Below, piece by piece: positions 10,512 through 21,000 of a DNA stretch of 64,000 nt. Each line of letters opens with the position of its first letter. Position 1 is the first letter of the stretch. The notes beneath the pieces were generated by a model that had not been told where the DNA came from, searched no databases, and was given only the letters and a program-made list of their open reading frames with translations. The translations under genes and the position numbers were made by a program. Location: the NCBI GenBank assembly GCA_964355955.1, contig CAYHFQ010000004.1, positions 1,162 through 65,161 of the forward strand, written 5' to 3'. The stretch comes from an uncultured Gammaproteobacteria bacterium. Its GTDB lineage: Bacteria; Patescibacteriota; Patescibacteriia; UBA9934.

Positions 10512-11326
10512 TACCAAAGAAATCATTCGGGCAACATTTTTTGCATGATCAGAGTGTGATTGGCAAGATTATTGCGGCGGCGGAGCCTGAGGCTTTTAAG
10601 TTTGTAGTAGAAGTAGGGCCAGGGACGGGGGCGTTGACCAAGTACCTAAAGGCCTCCCCTAACCCCTCCATAACTGGAGGGGGGCTTACGTTGCTTGAGG
10701 CTGATAATGAGTTGATTGCGCAACTGGCTACGGATTATCCTGAAGCGACGATAGTCAGAACGGATGCGGCTGCTTTTGATTATGACTCGTTGCCGTTTGG
10801 TGATGAACCGTGGCTGTTAATTGGCAACTTACCTTATAATGCGGCGACAGCGATTGTCATGAAGGCGCTAGAGGCTAAACACCCACCAGCCAGATTGGTG
10901 ATAATGGTGCAGAAAGAGGTGGGGGAGCGCATGTTGGCACTGCCTGGACACATGAGTGTGCTGAGTGTGGCAATTGGGGTGTACGCCACAGCGGAGAGAG
11001 TTTGTATCGTGAAGCCAGGAGCGTTTATACCGCCGCCCAAGGTGGATAGCATGGTGTTGAAATTGAGTACTAGAAAGTACAACGAAATTTCAGAATGTAG
11101 CAATGCACGACCTGACCCCAGTCAAGTTATTTTGATAGCGAAGGCGGGATTTGCGAGCAGACGAAAGTTTTTGGTAAGTAATTTGGTGAAAGCAGAAATG
11201 GGAAAGCCAGATGAGATTAGAGGCTGGCTCGTGGCGAACGGGTTTACGGACAAGGCGAGGGCAGAAGAGTTGATGGTTGAACACTGGAAGCAGCTCACTG
11301 CACACCTGACTGTGCACACAAGTTAA
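10505..11326 (+). CDS. rsmA: 16S rRNA (A1518/A1519) dimethyltransferase RsmA/KsgA
   Basis: KKSFGQHFL, EVGPGTGALT, GNLPYN, MVQKEV, FIPPPKVDS, FASRRK. Confidence 0.94.
   Translation: MVVPKKSFGQHFLHDQSVIGKIIAAAEPEAFKFVVEVGPGTGALTKYLKASPNPSITGGGLTLLEADNELIAQLATDYPEATIVRTDAAAFDYDSLPFGDEPWLLIGNLPYNAATAIVMKALEAKHPPARLVIMVQKEVGERMLALPGHMSVLSVAIGVYATAERVCIVKPGAFIPPPKVDSMVLKLSTRKYNEISECSNARPDPSQVILIAKAGFASRRKFLVSNLVKAEMGKPDEIRGWLVANGFTDKARAEELMVEHWKQLTAHLTVHTS
10651..10686. repeat. REP-like palindrome inside rsmA
   Basis: CCTCCCCTAA-CCCCTCCA-TAAC-TGGAGGGG hairpin, read in frame as ASPNPSITGGG. Confidence 0.6.
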
Positions 11327-11340
11327 TAACCTGTGCATAA

Positions 11341-11376
11341 AAAGTACTCATCGCGTTCCAGGCGATGAGTATTTTT
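11341..11376 (+). terminator. Rho-independent terminator after rsmA
   Basis: AAAGTACTCATCGC-loop-GCGATGAGTATTTTT. Confidence 0.7.
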
Positions 11377-11422
11377 GGTATACTACTGTTGTACTAGGAG
11401 GATTGCCGTTCGCTTCGCGTCT

Positions 11423-12082
11423 ATGGCCGAGAACATTGAAGTAACTAAAGCAACGCGCCACGTTTTTTCGCGGCAAGAAAAAGTTGGTTACTCCGTAGTG
11501 GTTGCTACGGGGTGTTTGGCTATTGTGCTAGGAGTGTTTTACATGGGGACGCATTTACATGCACCTTTTAGTATTACCTATACCGGCAACCATTATTTAT
11601 CTGCTGACGATCAGCAACAAGCGCAGATTGCGGCACAGAAAAAGTTAGATACGGATAATGATGGCATCAATGACTATGACGAGCTGAACGTCTACGGCAC
11701 CAGTCCGTATTTGAGTGATACTGATGGCGATGGTTTGCTTGATGGATCAGAAATTAATAGTGGCGGGGATCCATTATGTGCGACAGGCAAGACGTGTGGT
11801 AATACTACGAATAAGGTGTCTATGCCGACGCCGGACGTGGGCCCAGAGCCGGTGGTACCGGTCGACGTTGACCCGGTTGCGGCTTTGAAGACGAGCTTAC
11901 TGGAGGCCTCGATTGATGATATTAAGGCAATGTTAATACAGTCTGGTGTTACGCAGGCCCAGTTGGATGCGATGACGGAAGCTGAGATTAAGACGACTTA
12001 TACTGGTGTGATTGATCAATTGGAATCGTCTGGAGAGTTGGCTAAGATTGTGAATGAAACTTCTACTCAAACATCTCCGTAG
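11423..12082 (+). CDS. Membrane-anchored protein with Ca-binding (bacterial TSP3-like) repeats
   Basis: N-terminal TM; DTDNDGINDYDE and DTDGDGLLDGSE repeats; TGGTATACT extended -10 near 11376. Confidence 0.65.
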   Translation: MAENIEVTKATRHVFSRQEKVGYSVVVATGCLAIVLGVFYMGTHLHAPFSITYTGNHYLSADDQQQAQIAAQKKLDTDNDGINDYDELNVYGTSPYLSDTDGDGLLDGSEINSGGDPLCATGKTCGNTTNKVSMPTPDVGPEPVVPVDVDPVAALKTSLLEASIDDIKAMLIQSGVTQAQLDAMTEAEIKTTYTGVIDQLESSGELAKIVNETSTQTSP

Positions 12083-12085
12083 CGT

Positions 12086-15000
12086 ATGAAAGTTCGCGGT
12101 TTTAAAAGATTGAGCATAGTAGCCTTGTTGGCCCTGTTAGTTTTGCCGACATTGTTTTTGACGGTTAAGCCTGCGTTAGCTATTCCTACCGAATCGCCGG
12201 ATCTGGTGGCTAGTGATAATGCTAACGCTATCAGGTTGCAATCACAAAAAAAGGCTGAGAATTTAGCTAAGAAATCATTGTCTGGAATATTATTTTCGGG
12301 ATTGATTAACTTAATGCAATTTGCTGCAGATAAAGCTGCATATACGATGGCAACAGCTTTGGTGTCTGGTGGTGCAGCGGGTGACCCATTAGTGGAATTT
12401 AGGACGCCTGGTGTTTTGGCGCGTGACTACTTCCAATCGGTCGGTGGCGAGTTGGTTGGTTTGGTCAGCGAGGATTTGCAAACCACTAAGATTGGTGGCG
12501 TGGCCTATTTTGCCAACTTCAACTTATGCGCACCAAGTAGCCCAGCGGTGCTACTTAGTTTGAAATTGGGTATTAAATCCATGTTTGAAGAGCCGTTACC
12601 AAAATGCGAATGGAATGCTATAAAGACTAATTGGGCTGGTTTTATTGCAGATAATGCAAATACATTTGTTGGTGAGGACAGCATATTGAAGAATGACGCT
12701 GTGCTAACGCAATTAGCTAGTGCTTTTGACCCACAAACGAATGAATTTTCGGCTAGTATAAGTTTGTTTAATAAGGTGTTGTATCAGGCAAAGGGTAAGA
12801 GTGATACTGCTTTGATTAATTTGATTGTAAAGGGTCCAACTAAGGATATTTTGGACGTTGTTACGGGTAATGTTAAAACTGCTTCACAGACAATTGATTG
12901 GTATAGAATTTCTCAGAATGATCACATTGAAAATCAGAAGTATGATTTTGGAAAGATGCTGATAAGCAACTCAGCGGCTTTTGAACAGGTTGGTTTGCAT
13001 GCTGCTAGCATGTTCGCTAATACTTTGGTGACTTCTGGTTTGCAGGCACTTTTGAGCGGTCAATTTAAAACTAATGCTAATACAGTGGATCCATTCAATG
13101 CTGGTTTGGTGGCTTTGATGGATAAGGAGACTGAGCAGGCTAGATTAAAATCTCTTTATACTTCGGTACCATTTGAGGTCACGAATTATGATGCATTGTC
13201 TGATTATGCGAATTGTCCAAATAGCGGTAATAGGGGATTGTATAACTGTGTAATGGATACTAGTTTTGCGAGTGCGGTGGCTAGTGCTGCGGCTGATAAC
13301 GCTCTCACAGTGCAGGGGGCAGTTGATCAGGGTTTGGTGAATGGTGATTGGGCACTCATTCCAAGTTCGGATAAGTCGCGCGATCAAGATCCGTATTGCT
13401 ATACCTATGGTTATTGCTACAGTAACTTGGTGAAGTTACGTAAGGCTCGGATCATTCCTGACGGTTGGGAGATGGCGGCGGATTCAATTTATAATAGTGA
13501 GAGTAGTCCGGTGACCTTACAGACGGTGATGGACGGTTTTGATGATTGTAATGCGGCTGGACAGCCTGATGAGAGTCATAACTGGTGTAAGCTGATTGAT
13601 CCGAATTGGATTCTTAAGTATCCAGACACGACTTGTAAGAACTTGGCGTACGGTGAATTGCTAGAGTCCTCAACCGATGCTACTCGTCAACAAAACTGTG
13701 TAGATGCGCCAAGCTGTATTAGTACGGATGCGGATGGTAATTGTACTGGTGGTTATGGCTATTGCGTACGGGAAAGCAATGTATGGCAGTTCCGGGGTGA
13801 TAGCTGTCCGGACTATGCTTCATCCTGTTTATCATTTACCACGAGCGAGGGAGCGAAGGCTAATTACCTAACGAATACTGTTGATTACGGTAGTTGTAAT
13901 GCTGACAACGCTGGTTGTACATGGTACGCCACAGATAAGACCGTTCAGGATGATGGGACCTATGCTTGGCCAACGGTAACGAGCGTGGCAGAGGCAGACA
14001 TTGCTACTGATACTTATAAAACCCGCATTTACTACAATGATAATGTAGAAACTTGTGATGCGAGTGCGGCTGGCTGCAATAAGTTGGTAGAGCGTGGTAG
14101 TGATGTCGGCCTTAACTTAATTCCAAATTCGAGCTTTGAAACCGATGCTGACGTTAACGGCTTGCCAGATAATTGGTTGAGTACTAATGCGACGGCAGTG
14201 ACTTATGATGACAGCGGCGTAGCCTTGAATGGCGACTGGGTTATCGGCTCCAATCTCGGTGGTCTGCTTTATCAAAGTGGTATTGTGTTGCAGCAGGGTA
14301 GTTTTTACACCTTGTCCTATTATGCTCGATTGATGGATAGTTCTGATGGCGAAGAGACTGCTAACATGTTGATTAGTTTGAATGCAGATAATGGTGAAGT
14401 GATTGATTTGCGGGGTACTAGCATGAGTACGAGCTGTAATATTTACGTTGACGGCAGTAGCGTGACACAGCCTGAAGTATTGCAGTTATCCGGGTATACA
14501 ACTACTACCGACTATCAGCGTTATACCTGTACTTTTACTGCTCCAATTTTGACTGACCGATCAGCTACAGTGAGAGCATATGTTGACGTTGGTGACGGCG
14601 TGAATGTGGCTGATGTCTGGATGGATGAAATTCAACTTGAACAGTCAGAAACGGTGACAGCTTGGCATGATGGTTACAGCACGGCGTCGCCAACCTTTGT
14701 GTATGCTAACGTGCCACCAACCTACCTTGGTTGTACGGGGGCGGATACAGATGCTGCTGAATGTGCCGATTACTCGACCGTTTGTCAGGAGCAGGATGTT
14801 GGTTGTACGGAATATACGCCGGCTAATGGTGACCCAGCCGTGTTTGGTGTGGTGAGTAGTTTAGATACTTGTCCAGCCACTTGTGATGGTTATGACAGTT
14901 ATAAGCAGGAGGCCACATTGTACGAACCGGATGGTGACTTCCCAGTTTACTTTATTCCAAGCAGCGCCACCACTTGTAGCGCCGCGGACGCCGGTTGTGA

Positions 15001-18000
15001 CGAGTTTACTAAGCTGAGCGACGAATCGCTTGGTTACTTTACTTATCTCCGTGCTTGTTTGACGCCAGAGCAGGATGCTGGTTCCACTTACTATACTTGG
15101 GAGGGTAGCGACGCCACTGGTTACCAGTTGGTGACTTGGAAGTTGCTGGAATCTGATTTGGGTGATAGCGCTTCGAGTACATATACTGCCAGTTCTAACG
15201 TTGAGACGAATGTTGGCAAGGCCCCTTGTACAATGTGGGAAACTTCGGCGACTGGCATGACTTGCGATGATAACGCTGACGGTGACACTGGTGAACATTT
15301 TGATACAGATACTGAGACCTGTGATCAGCACGATGACATTTTCGCTGACCCAGATTGTCGCGAGTTCTATGACACTGCTGGTGATATTCACTACCGTTTG
15401 TGGAGTAAAACGGTGACGGTGAACGAGGCATGTGCTAGTTACCGTAAGACGGATTTGGTTGGCCTTGGACTTGATTCAAATGGTGACCTTGTAGACGATG
15501 GTGATGCCAATTGTACTAACTCCGGTGGCTTCTTCGATGATACTCTGAACGAGTGTACTTATTACGGTTACTCGGATGAAAGTAATACTTGTGCGGCGGC
15601 AGCTAACGGTTGTCGCGACTACACTGGTGGCCGCAGTGCCAACAGTCGTGTGGCCTTTACGGATACTTTAGAAACTGGGGACTATACGAGCTGGGATTCG
15701 ACGAGTACAGCGAATGTGACTTATAGCAATGAATCCGTAGCGACGGATGGGCACTCGCTGTCTTCACTTGGTCAGACCGTGTGGACGTTTATGGGTGGTG
15801 ACGGCACGGTGTGTGTGGACGAAGCTGGTTGTGATGAAACGGCGGTGGCTCTTGGTGGTACTTGTACCGTGGGGCTCGACGGTGGCTATTGCGGCACTTT
15901 GCAGGATGAACTTTACGCAGGTAAGACTTATACTTTAAGCTTCTGGGCTAAGGGAACTGGGACTTTGACGGCTGGGTTCAATGTCGACGCAGTAACTTCG
16001 GGTATTAACTTGAATACGGCTTCTGGCGCTGGACGTGATGCCACCTTCGGCACGGCTACGTTGTCGGCTAGTGACTGGCAGGAATATAGCTTGGGACCAC
16101 TCAACATGACGGCTGATGATTATGCTGACTTTGGCAACGGTACGGTCTTGGCCTTTATTCCAGATAGTTCCAGCAGCCGCTTCTACTTGGACAACGTGGT
16201 GCTGCGTGAGGGTGAGGATAGTATTGATGTGATTAAGGGTTCTTGGACGACGCCAACTGAATGTGACGCTACGCCAGAAGGTACGGCGTTCCCACAGTAT
16301 TACCTGGGTTGTCAGCAGTACACCTCGCAGACGGGTGAGACTAGCTATGAGAAGTCGTTCTCGTCCTTGTGTTCCGAGAAAAAAGTAGGTTGTTCGGCTT
16401 ACTACAGCACGGCCCAGACGGATAGCGCTTATGGCCAGGTGTATGGTTTGACGTGTTCGACTTTGGATGGCGCGATTGTCGGCGCGGCTACTAACTGTTA
16501 TTACGGCGTGATTGATGAGGATAGTGCGGATACTGTCGACCCAGTTTACGACACGACCAGCGCCTTTATGTGTACGATCGGTGTCGGGTTCTCGAGCTGT
16601 AGCGCCAACATGGACTGGAGTATTCCAGCTGATCAGTTGCTAAGTCACTTGAGTTACGGTCCTTCAGCACATGTGGTGCCGGCCGATGCACCGTTGTACT
16701 TGATTGTGGGTGATACTAATTCCTGTCAGTCGGCTGACGCTGGTTGTGAAGAGGTGGGCTTGCCAACTTTCAGCCCAGACCATACGGCAGTGACGGCTAG
16801 CACGAGCACCTACTTGCTTAACTCGCCAGCGGATTATGACACGACGCTGTGTTCGCAGGATGATTTGTTCTGTCAGGCTTGGGATGCTGGTGATAAAGGT
16901 GAATACTACTTTAAAGATCCGGGTAACCAGAGCTGTGAATACCGCACTGGCGTGACGGTGAATAATACGAGTTATGATGGTTGGTTCCGCACCGGAACAG
17001 ATAACTTCTGCTACGGCAGCGGGACTTGTGTGACTACTGATGGCTCTGTTGGTGCTAGTTGTACCACGGACGCTGAATGTGGCACGGGGGTTAGCTGTAA
17101 CATAACCAGCGGCTCTTACTTAGTTGGCGGTGATCAGTCTGGTATTTGGCATAATGGTGACCCTAGTTACAATAACTGGGTGGGTACTTGTGATGCGGGG
17201 GATAGTACTTGTAGCGAGTTCCAGGATCTATTGCAGATTCCAGACGGTCACTTGTACGGCGAGTCAGACGGTACCTCTTACTTCTTCTTGGATAATAGTA
17301 GTTTAGATGAATCTGGTTTGACCACTAACGAACAATGTAATGGATTGGTGAGCCAGAAGGCTGGTTGTGTCTTGTTTAACAACACGGCTGTGACAGCCCA
17401 GACTTATAATGCATCGGCCAGCTATGTTGCTAGCTTGCATGCGGATACGTTGTTTGGTGACAAGCCAAACGATTTAGAAAACCCGATTTCTTGTACGGAT
17501 GCCGTCACCTCGACGATTACTACGCCAGCGGGGGACAGTGTGGACTTGTGTGCCAGCCGCTGTGCTTACGGTAGTTATGCATTGCATGATGCGAATAACG
17601 GTAGTACGGATGTAAGTGATACTAGTGTAGGTGGTTATTATGCCGGGCGTTCAGCGGCGCAGATGGCTAGTGTTAATGGTTTAGCAGCTCTTGGTTTAAC
17701 AGCAACTGACCTATATACCTTTGGTGCTTCTTGTCTTAGCGATAGTGACTGTCCAGCTATGACCAGCGATTTGGGAGATGAGGTAGATGGAACATGTGGG
17801 ACAACTGTTATAACAATTTCTGAATCTTTCTATTCTACTGAAGTGAGTGAAATAGTGCCACGTCTAGAAGACGATAGTAACCGCGTACTTAAAGTTGACC
17901 GTGACCGTCAGTGTAGTGAATGGTTGAGCTGTGCTGATAGTCAGCAGGTGTGGGATGCCAGGACCGGTACTTACCGCACAATTTGTGGCGACATCGATCT

Positions 18001-21000
18001 CTGTAATGCTTATTCTGGCACTGGCGATGCCTCATTCTGTAGCAGTTGGGTGCAGGACGACGTGGCAACGGCGCTTGATGTGACTCGCTATACCAGTCGT
18101 GATACCAGTTGGTATGGTCACGAGTATTCAGGCTACGCCATTCCTGATTTGTTGCCGGTGCAGATGTTGAGTCAGGTCAACATTACGCCGCCACCGGGTT
18201 ACTGTAATTTGCCGATGTCGGCTGGACCGGCAGTGCGGTCTGAGTACCAGGGCGATACATGTAGTGTGGATGCTGACTGTAGTAATCAGGCAACTGCTTT
18301 CCCGACTATCTATCATGGCTCTTGCTCGCAAGCTACGGCAGCAGATTACCGCTTGGTTTTTGACGCTGGGAGTTGCGACGAGTCTTACGGCGCAAGCTGT
18401 ACAGTAGGTTACTGTAGCGACACTGCAGCGGCCTGTAGCAGTAATGATCAGTGTGGCAGTAACAGCTGTGTGATTGGTACCTGTTACACTGTTGGTAGCA
18501 CGGATTGTGTGACGGATAGCGATTGTAGCAGTGGTGATACTTGTTTGGCGGAAGGCAAATGTGCGACCGATAACGGTCAACTAGATGTGGGTGCTAGCTG
18601 CGATACAGGTGAAACTCTATATGCGGACCTTAACGATAAAACTGGAACGTGTATTAATGCGTCATGTTTGTTGACGGCAGAGGGACAGCCGGTGGATACA
18701 GGATTGACAGAAGCTAAGGATTGCCGAGCATATCCAGAAAGCAGTAGTCCGTTTGACAATGAGGTGGTGAGCATGTGGGTGAATCCGGATATGAGTGAGG
18801 AGCCTAATGGTAATGATAGTAAACAGCCGTTTGCTGATGTAGCATCAAAACTTGATATTGCGCCAGACATGGTGCCGTACTCGTTTATTACTGGTTTTGA
18901 TAATGCTAATGTTTGCGTGGGTGGTGTTGACTGCAGCTGTAGCTATAAAAAGATTACTTATGGTACTGGTAGCACAACCAGTTATGTTTCGGCTGATCCG
19001 GCAGTCTCGATAATAAACCAGTCGCTGGGTATTTGTAGCGGTGGTGGATTCGATGGTGCAGCTTGTGCAAAATCTGATGAGGACACCGGAGTTATTAGTG
19101 AAGCTATGTGTGAGCGTGGCTGCACCAGTACTGATTGTAGTGATGGCATAGCTGTGACAAGTGATGGAAATGATTCAGATGGTCATAGTACGACACTAAA
19201 TAATTCTGGTGATGTAAAAGGTGGCGGTACGTGTAATTATCCAACGCAGGAAGATACTATTCTTGGCCTAGACGGATATTGCTTGGAGCGCGATACGTCT
19301 ATTAATGTTAACGGTAACCGCGATGATGCTCACCGGGCATGTCTCACTTGGTTGCCGGTGGACCAGTTGGCGGGCAGTACAGACCTGTATGGCAAGGACT
19401 TGAGTGCTGGTTACTTTGCTCATGCTTCAGTATGTTCCAATGTCAGTATTTTCATGGACCTCGGACCAACATTAGTGCCAGAGTTGAATGCTACGGTTGG
19501 CACGGAGGGTACTCCTGGTGGTCAGATGGTAGCTTGTGCAGAAAGCAAAATAACTGACAGGACAGAAAGTAGCAGTACAGAATTTGATGGTACTGTTGAT
19601 GATGTATTTTCGGATGACACAATGTCGAATTGTGGTCATAATCTTGTTTGTCCTGCAGGATATTGGGCACTGATTGGTCAACCATCATGGGCTGATGGAG
19701 CGATCTCGATCAATAGTCAAGTAATCGCTAATGCGTGTATGGGCGTAGATTCCGCTGAGTATAATGATTGTCCTTACGTTTGTATTCCATTGGGTGCTGT
19801 TGAGCCAACTAGCGGCATGTCATGTGATTATGGCGGTGCCTATACAAACGAGGTATTGGCGAATACGCCAAATGGAGTTTCGGTATTAGATACTGTCAAC
19901 GATAGGCTGCCAGACAATGTGTACGCTATCGGTAGTCAGCCAAGTGGCAGAGCTGAGACTGATAGTTTGTATGGGTATCAGAACTTTGATTATGTAGCTA
20001 GTTCACTGAAATTGTGTCGTGTTAGGGGCGTAGAGTATACCGATGCCTTTGCCATGTCGGTATTTGCCCTTCCAGAGACAACCGATTATTACCGGAACTT
20101 AGTAGCAGGACAAGCTGTTACGGGTGTTGATATTTATACGTTTGATGAAAATGATCTAAATGTTGAATATTATCCAGCGTGTGCCGAAGTATTAAATGTT
20201 GTTGATTCTGCTACTGACATTGGTTACCCATTCACAGATCGTATTCTCAATGATTCCCAGAATTACATGATTAGTGATGACACTTATTCAAACATGCAGT
20301 ATGAACGAACGACTACTCCAGAGCCATTCGGTGTTATAACAACTGATTTATCAGCTAGAGATAATTCTGATCCACCAATAATTGCTGCATCCTGTGCTGA
20401 TTTAGCGGATGCTTCTGATGTGTATCGGAACTTTGATACTATTGTGCCACCTCTTGGTGATAGTTTGAACTCGTGTGATTCGTTAATCGATTATAGTGAT
20501 AAGGTAGCCGAATCGTATCCTGGTAATGCATTAGCACGAGCTTGGGTTAGTTTTACACTGAGTATACAAAAGGTCACCCATGGTACCTTCAGTGTTAAGA
20601 CATCAATGTGGTCTGTATTGCCTTCTGTGGGTGCTGCAGAAGAGGCATTTACTAGAATCAGTAAAATATTTGCCAAGGCTGACATTGGTACTGACGATAA
20701 CTTGAGTACCTGGGTCGGTGAGTGGTCTTCGGATGGGGGAGACGCGCTTGGTTATCAGACGGCTGCAACAACTTCTGATGATGGTTATGATGTTTATGAC
20801 GTACGCGGCGCTGAGGGTAATCCACCAAAGGTGTGGGCCTTGAGTAATAGTACGTGTGACGGGACGCAGTGTGAGGAGGGAGATGAAGGGGCGCTGACGT
20901 TGAATGATCAGAACAGTGGCGATTTGGAGGGAACGGGCGGGTTCTACCGTGCCTACCTCAAGTTCTATGCCGCGGCGGATAAGAACCAACTGCCGATTAG

